Shown piece after piece: positions 38,125-47,749 of a DNA stretch of 64,000 nucleotides. This DNA is from an uncultured Gemmatimonadales bacterium (GTDB lineage Bacteria; Gemmatimonadota; Gemmatimonadetes; Longimicrobiales; RSA9): positions 366,625 through 430,624 of the forward strand of contig CAWFKH010000004.1 of the NCBI GenBank assembly GCA_963816355.1, written 5' to 3'. The translations under genes and the position numbers were made by a program. Below the pieces are notes generated by a model. It did no database searches and was not told the DNA's origin. It saw nothing but the letters and a program-made list of their open reading frames with translations. The stretch's first letter is position 1. Each line of letters begins with the position of its first letter.

Positions 38125-39857
38125 GGCATCTCCCCCCTGTCCGCCTCGCTCCACGACTCCAGCCCCGCCAGCTCGCCCGGGTCGCGGCCCAGCGCGCGCA
38201 GCCGCTCCGCACCCGCCGAGATCGCCGCGTACGCCGCCGCCGACCGCGCCAGCCGCGCGCGCGTCTCCGCCGCCGCGGCGTCGAGCAGCTCCACCACCGT
38301 CGCCAGGCCGCCGTCATACTTGCGGGCCACGATCCGATGCGCCTCCGCCGCCTGCGCGACGCCGCGCTCCGCGATCTCCAGCCTCCGCAACGCGACGCGC
38401 ACGTCGCTCCCCGTCCGCTCCCGCTCCAACGCCGCTCCCGCGGCCGCTGCGTCCGCCCGCGCCTCCGCCGCCTCCGCCCTGCCCCGCGCCCGCCGCAGCG
38501 CCGCCGCCTGCGCACCCCCCGCCAGCGGCGTCCACGTCACCAACACCCCCGCCGTCCAGCTCTCCGGGCCCGCGAACACGCCCCTCGCCGAGTACCAGTC
38601 GTAGCGACCGAACGCGTTCACGCGGGGCAGCCACTGCGCCCGCGCGCGACGCACGTCGAGCCGCGCCGAGGAAGCCCCCAGCCGCGCCGCCCGGACGTCC
38701 GCCCGCGCCCCCGCTTCCGCCGCCGTTCGCGCCGCCGCGTCCGCCGCCGCGTCCGCCGCCGCGTCCACTGCGTCCGCCGCCGCGTCCACTGCCGCGTCCA
38801 CCGCCGCGTCTGCCGCGTCCGCCGCCGCCGTCTCCGCCACCAGTCCCGCCACGCGCCCGCGCACCGCCGCGCCACTCGGCAGAGCCGCCGGCAACGCGTA
38901 CGACGACGCCGGCTCTCCCAACAGCGTCGCGAGCCCGCGCCGCGCCAGCGCCGCGTCGCTCGCCGCCGCGATCGCCTCAGCGTCGACCTCCCCCGCCTTC
39001 ACCGACGCCAGCAGCGCGTCCGAACGCGTCACCAGGCCCTGCTCCACCAGCGACTCCGCCTGCCCCACGTGCCGGTGCGCCGCGCGCGCCGCCGCGTCCA
39101 GCGTGCCGACCTTCTCTTCCGCCAGCAGAACGCCGAAGTAAGCCCGCACCACCTCCGCCCGCGTCGAGAGCCGCGCCCACGCCTCCGAATTCCGCGCCGC
39201 CTCCACCGCCCGCGACGCCGCCGCACGGCCCAGCCAGACGTCTGCGTTCACCACCGGCTGCTCCACCACCACCGCCCCCGCGTAGCCCGGCGTCGCCTCC
39301 GGGTGGTTCAGCCGCGCCGGGTCGAACGCCGCCTCCGTGACCGACCGCTGCCGCAGCAGCGTGCCGAAGACGCCGATCGGATCCGTCGTCCGCACGTAGC
39401 CGCCCTCCACCCGCACGGCCGGCAGCATCCCCCGCAGCGCCTCCACCGCATCCGCCGACCGCTCCACCGTCGCCCCCGCCGCGATCCGGTTGCCGTACGC
39501 ACCCGCCTCCGCACGCCGCAACGCTTCCTCCAGCCCCAGCCGCTCCGCGACCCCGGCGCGTGCCCGCGACACCGCCGCCGCCGCAGCCGCCGCCGCACCC
39601 GCAGCCGGCGCCGCACCCATTACTGTCGGCGCACCCGCCACCGCAGACGGCTCCGCCGCCGCCGGCTCCTGCGCCGCCGCCCGCTCCACCGTCATCAGGC
39701 ACAGCGCCGCTACCGCGCTCGCAACGATCGCCGCTCCAGCTCGCACCGCGATCACCGCCCCGGCTCCCGGCACGATCGCCGCCCCCGCTCTCGCCGCGAT
39801 CACCGTCCCCGCTCCCGCTCCCGCGGCATTCGCCGCCTCCGCCTGTCGCTGCCGCAT
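38121..39857 (-). CDS. TolC family outer membrane protein
   Basis: LEEALRRA, VVRAYF, WLPRVN, YDGGLATVVELLDA; contains Ala-rich tandem repeats. Start position uncertain. Confidence 0.85.
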   Translation of the reverse strand: MRQRQAEAANAAGAGAGTVIAARAGAAIVPGAGAVIAVRAGAAIVASAVAALCLMTVERAAAQEPAAAEPSAVAGAPTVMGAAPAAGAAAAAAAAVSRARAGVAERLGLEEALRRAEAGAYGNRIAAGATVERSADAVEALRGMLPAVRVEGGYVRTTDPIGVFGTLLRQRSVTEAAFDPARLNHPEATPGYAGAVVVEQPVVNADVWLGRAAASRAVEAARNSEAWARLSTRAEVVRAYFGVLLAEEKVGTLDAAARAAHRHVGQAESLVEQGLVTRSDALLASVKAGEVDAEAIAAASDAALARRGLATLLGEPASSYALPAALPSGAAVRGRVAGLVAETAAADAADAAVDAAVDAAADAVDAAADAAADAAARTAAEAGARADVRAARLGASSARLDVRRARAQWLPRVNAFGRYDWYSARGVFAGPESWTAGVLVTWTPLAGGAQAAALRRARGRAEAAEARADAAAAGAALERERTGSDVRVALRRLEIAERGVAQAAEAHRIVARKYDGGLATVVELLDAAAAETRARLARSAAAYAAISAGAERLRALGRDPGELAGLESWSEADRGEMP

Positions 39858-39903
39858 CGCGTTCCGTCCGCTCCGGTTCCGGTTCGAGTCCCGCGCATGA
39901 AAT

Positions 39904-39931
39904 AACTACATGGTTATGTAGTTGAGGTCAA
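39904..39931 (-). promoter_or_regulatory. Operator palindrome AACTACAT-GGTT-ATGTAGTT within the efflux operon promoter
   Basis: Perfect 8-bp inverted repeat at 39904-39923, immediately downstream of a minus-strand TTGACC (-35) at 39926-39931. Confidence 0.7.
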
Positions 39932-40297
39932 GGGCCGGGCAGGGAGGTCTCGGAGGGGACGGAGGTCTCGGAGGGTGGAGGGGGCGGAGGTCGCGGAGGG
40001 ACTGCGTGTCACGGAGGGGGTCGGAGGGGCGGAGAACGCGGAGGCCTGCGCTGGGGGACTGCGAGTGGGGGCGGCGGGGGCGCGGGCGGAGGACGGGCGG
40101 TCGCCGGCCATCGTGCCGGGCGGGTCGGGGGTCGCCGGGGGTGGGGCGCGTCGGGGCCTGCCGGTGGGTGGGGGCGGCCTCCCCGGTGGGCGGGGCCGGC
40201 CTCCCCGGTGGCGGGGCGAGGCGGCCTCCCCGGAGGTGGGGGCGGAGCGGCCTCGCGCCCGGCCACGCCTCCACTCAGTCCTTCCTCGCTTCACGCC

Positions 40298-41503
40298 TCA
40301 ACCGGTTCTCCGCGCCCTCCGACGCTCCGTGCCTTCCGTGACGAGCCGTTCCTCCGTGCTCTCCGCGCTCTCGCGCCGGACCTCGCTCCGCTGCTCGGCC
40401 CGCTCCGACGCCTCGCTCCGCGTCCTCGTCCGGACGGCGCGCGCCACGCGTTCGGCGTCGCGGCCCACGCCGTGGATCATGCCGGAGGACAGCGCGTGCA
40501 GGAAGTGGAGGCCGACGAAGAAGAGGCCGGGCCGGGCGTCGACGATGCCGCTGCGGTGGTCCGGATCGCCGTCGCGGAAGACGGGCAGGTCGATCCAGTC
40601 GAAGCCGGGTCGGAAGCCGGTGCACCACACGATGTTGGCGACGTCGAGCGCGCGTCCGTCCTCGAGCAGGGGCCGGCCGTCGCGCGCCCCGCCGGTGCGC
40701 GGCACGCGGCGCACGCCGGAACGGACGAGGTCCCGCTTCTTCACGCGGATCAGGGGGCCGCCCTTGTGGAGGATGGAGGGGCGCGCCTTGCGACCCAGCG
40801 GCGTTTTGACGGTGAGGACGCGATGGAAGAGGCCGCGCAGCACGAGCCGGACGAGGATGAGCCGCCCCGCGACGCCCTCGACGCGGAACGGGATCTCGCC
40901 GGTGTCGCGGCCGGACATCCAGACGTCGTGGAGCGGCGCCAGCTCGGTCGCGATCTCGGAGCCGGAGTTGCCGGCGCCGACGATCAGGACGGGCCCTTCG
41001 CGGAGCTGGCGCGGATTGCGGTAGTCGATCGAGTGGATCTGGACGATCGAGGGATCCAGCTCCGCGGCGAACGCGGGCACGTGCGGCTTCTGGAAGTCGG
41101 CCATGGCGACGACGACGTTCCCGGCCTCGATGCGGCGGCCGCCGGCGTCGACGACGAACGCGCCGCCGTCGTGCGTCAGCCGATCGACGCGCACGCCGGT
41201 GCGCACCGGCAGGTCGAAGCGCGCGGCGTACGCCTCGAGGTAGTCGGCCATCTCGTCCTTCGTGGCGAAATGGTGCGGCCGCGCGGGGAACGGCATGCCG
41301 TCCAGGCCGCTGAAGCGCGCGGGCGTGAAGAGCCGCAGCGAGTCCCACCGCTCCCGCCACACGTCGCCCACCCGCTCCCTGGCCTCGAGGATCACGAAGC
41401 GCACGCCCAGGCGGGAAAGATGGTAGCCGACCGAGAGGCCGGCCTGCCCGCCGCCGATCACCACCGCGTCGAATCGCTCCGCTCCCCGTACGCCGCTCGC
41501 CAT
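40298..41503 (-). CDS. Flavin-containing monooxygenase-like FAD/NAD(P)H oxidoreductase (CzcO-like)
   Basis: VIGGGQAG, WDSLRLFTP, HSIDYRNP, VGAGNSG, WCTGF; AAGGAGG RBS. Confidence 0.88.
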   Translation of the reverse strand: MASGVRGAERFDAVVIGGGQAGLSVGYHLSRLGVRFVILEARERVGDVWRERWDSLRLFTPARFSGLDGMPFPARPHHFATKDEMADYLEAYAARFDLPVRTGVRVDRLTHDGGAFVVDAGGRRIEAGNVVVAMADFQKPHVPAFAAELDPSIVQIHSIDYRNPRQLREGPVLIVGAGNSGSEIATELAPLHDVWMSGRDTGEIPFRVEGVAGRLILVRLVLRGLFHRVLTVKTPLGRKARPSILHKGGPLIRVKKRDLVRSGVRRVPRTGGARDGRPLLEDGRALDVANIVWCTGFRPGFDWIDLPVFRDGDPDHRSGIVDARPGLFFVGLHFLHALSSGMIHGVGRDAERVARAVRTRTRSEASERAEQRSEVRRESAESTEERLVTEGTERRRARRTG

Positions 41504-41623
41504 GTCCAGCCTCCTTCGCGTTCCGGTCTCCGCATCCTCCGAGGTCCGCCCGGCCGGGGCGCTGCGCCCTCGGCCCCTTCCGTACCTCAAAGATGCACGC
41601 TGCCCGCGCTCCCCGCTTCGGGC

Positions 41624-41664
41624 GAATCAACCAAATCCGCGGCGAGGCGCGGCGTGGGTGATTC
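41624..41664. promoter_or_regulatory. Candidate LuxR-family operator GAATCAACCA-N21-TGGGTGATTC
   Basis: 10-bp inverted repeat (1 mismatch) between the LuxR stop and the monooxygenase start. Confidence 0.5.
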
Positions 41665-43322
41665 TATGCAGGCGGGTGCTGGAGGTCGTGCTCGTAGGCG
41701 AACGCGGTGGCGGCGGCGCGCGAGGAGAGCCCGAGCTTGCCGAAGATGTTGGCGACGTGGCGGGCGACGGTCTTCTCGCTGATCGAGAGCACATCGGCGA
41801 TCGCGCGGTTCGTCTTCCCGGTCGCGACGAGCGCCAGCACCTCGCGCTCGCGCGGGGTCAGGCCGTGGCGGTCGCGACGCGGAGCGCGGCCGAGCGCCGC
41901 GTCGAGACGCGCGAGGTCGGGCGCGGCGCCGAGGCGCTCGAACGCCGCGCGCGCCGCTTCGACCTCGAGCGCGGCGCCGTCGTCGTCGCCCAGCTCGCGG
42001 CAGGCGCGGGCGATGAGCGAGCGCACGCGCGCGACGTCGTGCCGCGCGTCGAGCGCCTCCCACTCCCGGCACGCGCGGCGCAGCGGGGCGAGCGCGCCGG
42101 CCGCATCGCCCGCCGCCAGCGCGATCGCACCGGTCGCCTGCGCGACGACGGCGTCGAGCACGGCGCTCGCGCAGGAACGCGCCACGTCCGCCAGCTCCGC
42201 GCGCGCACGGCGTGCCTCCTCGACGTCGCCGACGGCGAGCATGATCTCGACGTGGGCGGGGAGCAGCCGCACGCGCTTCAGGCGCTCGGTCGTCTCCGCG
42301 AGCGCGCGGCGGCTGGCGGCCGCGGCCGCGTCGTCGTCGCCCTGCGCCAGCCGCAGCAGCGCGAGCCCGGGCTGCGGCTCGTGGCCCGCTCGGCTCGCGG
42401 CGCGGTACGCCTCCTCGGCGGCCGCGAGCTCGCCGCGCAGCCGGTGCACCTCGGCCTGGAGGTAGAGGGCGATGCCGACGGCGCGCGGATCGGCGGCGAC
42501 AGCGAGACGCTCCGCGGCGCGCTCCGCCTCCTCCAGGGCACCACTCCATTCGCCGCGAAGACGCAGGATCTCCGCGCGGTAGACGCGGCACTCGCCGGTG
42601 TAGGCGACCATGTCCGGCCGCCGCTCGCACCACTCGCTCAGGGCGGCCGTCCACTCGTGCGCCCGTCCGAAGGCCCACACCTCGCGGCACGCGCTGATCA
42701 CGCTGCAGTAGACGAGGCCGGTGACCTGCGGCGACAACTCGTCCGACATCACGCCGACCATCGCCTCGTCCAGCAACGCGAGACCCGCGCTCACGTTACC
42801 CTGGCGCAACAACGCGCGCCCGTGCAGGTGCAGCGCGAGCGCGACCAGCTCGCGCTCGCCGAAGCGCTGGCCGATCGCGGCCGCTTCCGCGGCCAGCCGC
42901 GACGCCGCCTCGGTGTCGCCCGCCGCCAGCTGCTGCTGCCCCTCCGGCAACAACAGATAGCCGCGTTCCGCACACTCCCCCGCCTCACCTTCAAGCACCC
43001 GCGCCGCGCGGCCGAACCAGCCGCTCGCCTGCGCCATCTCCCCCCGCACCGCCAGGTGCAGCCCCAGCCAGAACGCGCACCGCGCCGCCGCCACCGCCTC
43101 ACCCGCATCGAGTCGCGCCTGATGGCACTGCTGCGCCGCCCGCACGAACTCCCCTTCGCGGCCGATCAGGTACGACGCGAGCGCCAGACGCCAGAAGTCC
43201 TCCGGCTCGAGCGACGCGGCCGCGCGCTCGCGCGCTTCCGCCAACGCCGCGTGCGCGCGCGCCCAGGCCCGGCCCTCGAACGCCTCGCGACCTTGCTGCA
43301 ACACGGACCGGATCGAATCCAT
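41664..43322 (-). CDS. LuxR-family regulator with helical (MalT-like TPR) N-terminal region
   Basis: C-terminal GLTPREREVLALVATGKTNRAIADVLSISEKTVARHVANIFGKLG. Confidence 0.9.
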   Translation of the reverse strand: MDSIRSVLQQGREAFEGRAWARAHAALAEARERAAASLEPEDFWRLALASYLIGREGEFVRAAQQCHQARLDAGEAVAAARCAFWLGLHLAVRGEMAQASGWFGRAARVLEGEAGECAERGYLLLPEGQQQLAAGDTEAASRLAAEAAAIGQRFGERELVALALHLHGRALLRQGNVSAGLALLDEAMVGVMSDELSPQVTGLVYCSVISACREVWAFGRAHEWTAALSEWCERRPDMVAYTGECRVYRAEILRLRGEWSGALEEAERAAERLAVAADPRAVGIALYLQAEVHRLRGELAAAEEAYRAASRAGHEPQPGLALLRLAQGDDDAAAAASRRALAETTERLKRVRLLPAHVEIMLAVGDVEEARRARAELADVARSCASAVLDAVVAQATGAIALAAGDAAGALAPLRRACREWEALDARHDVARVRSLIARACRELGDDDGAALEVEAARAAFERLGAAPDLARLDAALGRAPRRDRHGLTPREREVLALVATGKTNRAIADVLSISEKTVARHVANIFGKLGLSSRAAATAFAYEHDLQHPPA

Positions 43323-43415
43323 CGGGGCTCCGGCGGAGGAGGGATCGGAGTATGGACGATACGGGGGCGGCGAGGGGCGGAGCAACCTGGGGCCGGGGGA
43401 GGAGGGGGCGGAGGG

Positions 43416-43514
43416 CGGAGGGAGGAGGGGGCGGAGGATCGGAGGGAGGAGGGGGCGGAGGATCGGAGGGAGGAGGCGGCGGAGGATCGGAGGGAGGAGG
43501 GGCGGAGGATCGGA
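43416..43514 (+). repeat. 24-bp purine-rich tandem repeat, about 4 copies
   Basis: CGGAGGGAGGAGGGGGCGGAGGAT units, followed by a REP-like arm at 43525-43560. Confidence 0.85.
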
Positions 43515-43875
43515 GAGACTACTGGTCACGGAGGGAACGGAGGGTCGGAGGGCACGGAGGGATCCATTGCGCTCCTCGGTGTTCTGCGTGGGTCCAACCG
43601 GCGCGGGGAACGTCAACGCGCTCCCTCGCCGGACCCATCCGGCCGTGGGGCACGCTGGACCGCGCGCAGAGCGGTCCACTCCGCCCCTCGCCCGAAGCCG
43701 CACCCGCGCGGGGCCATTGCGACCGCGTCTCGGGCGGTCCGATCTGCCCCGGATCGGAAATGGCGGCGGGCGGGGGTGAGTTGACGGCGATTGCGGACGG
43801 CGCGGAGCGGCCGGCGATCTCCTTGCGTTCGCCGGCGCACCCGGAGCAACTTGCGTCCTCCCTGCAAGGAGGCGA

Positions 43876-44445
43876 ATGAGTACGCGACTCCCCGTGCGGC
43901 TGAGGGTCAACGGCGTCGAGCGCGAAGCGACGGTCGAGCCCCGCCTGCTCCTGAGTGACTTCCTGCGCGTCGAGCTGGGTCTGACCGGCACCCACGTCGG
44001 CTGCGAACACGGCGTCTGTGGCGCGTGCACGGTCCTGCTCGATGGCGAGGCGGTTCGCTCGTGCCTTCTGTTCGCGGTGCAGGCGGCGGGACACGACGTC
44101 GCGACCGTCGAGGGGCTCGCGCCCGGCGGTGAGGCGGCGCTGCACCCGCTCCAGGCGGCGTTCCGCGAGGCGCACGCGCTCCAGTGCGGCTTCTGCACGC
44201 CCGGCATCCTCATGACGGTCCTGCCGTTCCTGCGCGAGAACCCCGATCCGACGCCGGCCGAGATCCGCGCCGCGCTCTCCGGCAACCTCTGCCGCTGCAC
44301 CGGCTACAACAACATCGTCGAGGCGGTGGCGCTCGCCGCGCGTACGGCGCGAGGCGAGGAAGCCGCGCCCGCCGCGGATGCGTCCGCCGCGGATGCGTCC
44401 GCCGGCAGCGCGAGCGCGTGGCCGAACGCGGCGGGCGCCGCGTGA
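43876..44445 (+). CDS. Molybdenum hydroxylase small subunit (2x[2Fe-2S], CoxS-like)
   Basis: GCEHGVCGACTV…SC and QCGFC…CRCTGY; AAGGAGG RBS. Confidence 0.93.
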   Translation: MSTRLPVRLRVNGVEREATVEPRLLLSDFLRVELGLTGTHVGCEHGVCGACTVLLDGEAVRSCLLFAVQAAGHDVATVEGLAPGGEAALHPLQAAFREAHALQCGFCTPGILMTVLPFLRENPDPTPAEIRAALSGNLCRCTGYNNIVEAVALAARTARGEEAAPAADASAADASAGSASAWPNAAGAA

Positions 44446-46850
44446 GCGAGCGCTACTTCGGCCGTCGCGTCCTGCGCAACGAGGACCCGCGGCTGCTGAC
44501 GGGCGGCGCGCTCTTCGTGGACGACGTGCGGCTGCCCGGCATGCTGCACGTCGCCTTCGTGCGGAGCACGCATGCGCACGCGCGCCTCCGCGGCATCGAC
44601 ACGGCCGCCGCCGCGCGCCGGCCGGGCGTCGTGGGGGTCTTCGCGGCCGGGGACCTGGGCGACTTCTGCAGGCCGGGCCCGCTGCTCGTGCACCCGCCGC
44701 CGGTCGCGGACCACGTCTTCCACGCGCGCACCCAGACGCCGCTCGCGCACGGCAAGGTGCGGCACGTCGGCGAGGCGATCGCGATGGTGGTGGCGGAGAG
44801 CCGCTACCTGGCGGAGGACGCGGCGGAGGACGTCCACGTCGACTACGAGCCGCTGGCCGCGGTGGTCGACATCGAGCGCGCGCTGGAGCCGGGGACGCCC
44901 CTCGTCCACGAGGACCTCGCGTCGAACCTCGCGGCGCACGTGCGGCAGACGAAGGGGGACTACGACGCCGCGCGCGCGGAGGCGGACGTCGTCATCGCGC
45001 GTCGCCTGCGCTACGACCGCGGCTGTTCGGCGGCGATCGAGAACCGCGCCGTCGTCGCCCAGTGGGACGCGAGCCAGCGGGAGCTGACGGTGTGGGACAC
45101 GACGCAGGCGCCGATCCCGATCCGCAACGGCCTCGCCCGCATGCTCGCTCTGTCGGAGTCGGAGGTGCGCGTCGTCGCGCCGTTCGTGGGCGGCGGCTTC
45201 GGTCCGAAGATCATGATGTTCTACCCGGAGGAGCAGCTGGTGCCGTGGCTCGCGCTGCGCCTGGGGCGGCCGGTGAAGTGGGCGGAGGACCGCTCGGAGA
45301 ATTTCTTCGCGACGACGCAGGAGCGGGGGCAGACGCACGACGCCGAGATCGCGCTGGCGAGCGACGGCCGGATCCTGGGCGTGCGCGACCGTTTCCTCCA
45401 CGACACCGGCGCCTACGACCCGTACGGCCTCACCGTCCCGATCAACAGCCAGTGCACGCTTCTGGGGCCGTACGAGGTGCCCAGCTACGACAGCGAGTTC
45501 CGCGTCGTCTTCACGAACAAGACGCTCGTCACGCCGGTGCGCGGCGCCGGCCGCCAGCACGGCGTGTTCGTCATGGAGCGGCTGCTCGACCTCGCGGCGC
45601 GCGAGCTGGCGCTCGACCCCCTCGAGATCCGCCGCCGCAACTTCCTGCCGCCGGCCGCGTTCCCCGTCGACCACGGCATCCTCTACCAGGACAGCGCGCC
45701 GCTCTACTACGACAGCGGCGACTACGAGCCGGCGCTCGCGCGCGCGGCCGAGATGATCGACTACGACGGCTTCGTGAAGGAGGAGCGGCCGCGGGCGCGC
45801 GCCGCCGGCCGCCACGTCGGCGTCGGCGTCGTCTCCTACATCGAGGGGACGGGCATCGGGCCGTACGAGGGCGCGCGCGTGCGGGTGGAGAGCGACGGCC
45901 GCGTCTCCGTGACGACGGGCGTCGGGACGCAGGGGCAGGGGCACTTCACCAGTTTCGCGCAGATCGTCGCCGACCAGGTGGGCGTGCGCGTCGAGGACGT
46001 GCGCGTCGTCACGGGCGACACGCGCGCGTTCGACTGGGGGACGGGCACCTTCGCCAGCCGCGGCGCGGTCGTGGCCGGCAACGCGTGCCACGCCGCGGCG
46101 ATCGCGGTGCGCGAGAAGATCCTCCGGCTGGCGTCGCAGGTGCTCGAAGCGGCCCCGGAGGACCTCGAACTGGCGCACGGGCGCGTGGCCGTGCGGGGCG
46201 CGCCGGCGCGCTCGCTCGAGCTCGCCGAGCTCGCCGTGCGCGCCAACCCGCTGCGCGGCGCGGTGACGCCCGGCACCGAGCCGGGGCTCGAGGCGACCGC
46301 CTACTTCGGCCCGGCGCGCGGCGCGACCGCGAGCGGCGTGCACGCGATGATCGTCGAGGTCGACGCGGAGACCGCGACGCTCGCGATCCGCCGCTACGTG
46401 GTGGTGCACGACTGCGGCCGCGTCATCAACCCGATGATCGTCGAGGGTCAGATCCACGGCGGCGTCGCGCACGGCATCGGCAACGCGTTCTACGAGCAGC
46501 TCGTCTACGACGACAACGGCCAGCTCCTCACCGCCTCGTTCATGGACTACCTGCTGCCGACTTCGCTCGACGTGCCGCCGATCGAGACGGCGCACATCGA
46601 GACCCCCTCGCCGCTCAACCCGCTGGGCACGAAGGGCGTCGGCGAGGCGGGCGCGATCCCGGTCGGCGCACTGTTCGCGCAGGCGATCGAGGACGCGCTC
46701 GCCATCGACGGGCTCGAGATCCTCGAAATGCCGCTCTCGCCCGGCCGCCTCTTCGAGCTGATCCGCGAGGCGCGCCGGCGCGGCGAGGCGGCGACGTCGC
46801 TCGAAGCGGACGGCGCGGCCGCGCCCGACGCGGCGCCGACGCCGCCGTGA
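44442..46850 (+). CDS. Molybdenum hydroxylase large (molybdopterin) subunit, xanthine dehydrogenase family
   Basis: RNEDPRLLTG, VGGGFGPK, PVRGAGR loop, GQGHFT, GTFASR, VEGQIHGG, KGVGEAG. Confidence 0.93.
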   Translation: MSERYFGRRVLRNEDPRLLTGGALFVDDVRLPGMLHVAFVRSTHAHARLRGIDTAAAARRPGVVGVFAAGDLGDFCRPGPLLVHPPPVADHVFHARTQTPLAHGKVRHVGEAIAMVVAESRYLAEDAAEDVHVDYEPLAAVVDIERALEPGTPLVHEDLASNLAAHVRQTKGDYDAARAEADVVIARRLRYDRGCSAAIENRAVVAQWDASQRELTVWDTTQAPIPIRNGLARMLALSESEVRVVAPFVGGGFGPKIMMFYPEEQLVPWLALRLGRPVKWAEDRSENFFATTQERGQTHDAEIALASDGRILGVRDRFLHDTGAYDPYGLTVPINSQCTLLGPYEVPSYDSEFRVVFTNKTLVTPVRGAGRQHGVFVMERLLDLAARELALDPLEIRRRNFLPPAAFPVDHGILYQDSAPLYYDSGDYEPALARAAEMIDYDGFVKEERPRARAAGRHVGVGVVSYIEGTGIGPYEGARVRVESDGRVSVTTGVGTQGQGHFTSFAQIVADQVGVRVEDVRVVTGDTRAFDWGTGTFASRGAVVAGNACHAAAIAVREKILRLASQVLEAAPEDLELAHGRVAVRGAPARSLELAELAVRANPLRGAVTPGTEPGLEATAYFGPARGATASGVHAMIVEVDAETATLAIRRYVVVHDCGRVINPMIVEGQIHGGVAHGIGNAFYEQLVYDDNGQLLTASFMDYLLPTSLDVPPIETAHIETPSPLNPLGTKGVGEAGAIPVGALFAQAIEDALAIDGLEILEMPLSPGRLFELIREARRRGEAATSLEADGAAAPDAAPTPP

Positions 46851-47749
46851 AGCCGCCGCCGTTCGAGTATTTCGCGCCCGCCACGCTCGAGGAGGCGCTG
46901 GCGCTGCTCGCCGAGCACGGCGACGACGCCCGTCCGCTCGCCGGCGGTCAGAGCCTCGTGCCGCTGATGAACTTCCGCCTCGCCCGGCCGGCGGTCCTGG
47001 TCGACCTCAACCGCGTCGCCGGCCTCGACGGCATCGAGGCCGCGGGCGAAGGTCTGCGGATCGGCGCGCTCGCGCGGCAGCGCGCCGCCGAGCGCAGCGA
47101 CCTCGTCGCCGAGCGCGCGCCGCTGCTCGCCGAGGCGCTGCCGCACGTCGCCCACCCGCAGATCCGCAACCGCGGCACCGTCGGCGGCAGCATCGCGCAC
47201 GCCGACCCCGCCGCGGAGCTGCCCGCCGTCGCGCTCGCGCTCGAGGCGACGCTGCGGCTGCGGAGCGCGGCGGCCGAGCGCGGCGTCGTCGCGCGCGACT
47301 TCTTCACCGGCCTCTTCGCCACCGCCCTCGAGCCGGGCGAGCTGCTGGTCGCCATGGAGGTGCCGGCACTGCCCGAAGGCGCCGGCTGCGCCTTCGACGA
47401 GGTCGCGCGCCGCCACGGCGATTACGCGCTCCTCGGCGTCGCGGCCGTCGTCGCGCTCGACGCCGCGGGCGCCTGCCAGCAGGCGCGCCTCGCCTACGTC
47501 AACGCCGGCCGCGGACCGCTGCGCGCGCCGCGAGCCGAAGCCGCGCTGGTGGGCGAGCGGCTGCGGCCCGCCGTCCTGCGCGCGGCGGCGGAGACCGCGG
47601 CCGGCGAGCTGCGTCCCGGCGCCGACGTGCACGCCTCCGCCGAGTACCGCCGCCACCTGGCGCGCGTGCTGACGGAGCGCGTTCTGGCGCGCGCCGTCGA
47701 GCGGGCGCGCGCCGTCGAGCGGGCGCGCGAGCCGGGAGCGCCGCGATGA
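46847..47749 (+). CDS. Molybdenum hydroxylase FAD subunit (CoxM-like)
   Basis: KPPPFEY, LAGGQSLVP, QIRNRGTVGGSIAHADPAAE, ASAEYRRHL. Confidence 0.93.
   Translation: MKPPPFEYFAPATLEEALALLAEHGDDARPLAGGQSLVPLMNFRLARPAVLVDLNRVAGLDGIEAAGEGLRIGALARQRAAERSDLVAERAPLLAEALPHVAHPQIRNRGTVGGSIAHADPAAELPAVALALEATLRLRSAAAERGVVARDFFTGLFATALEPGELLVAMEVPALPEGAGCAFDEVARRHGDYALLGVAAVVALDAAGACQQARLAYVNAGRGPLRAPRAEAALVGERLRPAVLRAAAETAAGELRPGADVHASAEYRRHLARVLTERVLARAVERARAVERAREPGAPR

Noticed and set aside
43876..47749. Aerobic CO dehydrogenase (coxSLM)
   Set aside because: Lacks the AYxCSFR motif, the M-S-L order and the cox accessory genes; the context is nucleobase uptake and catabolism.
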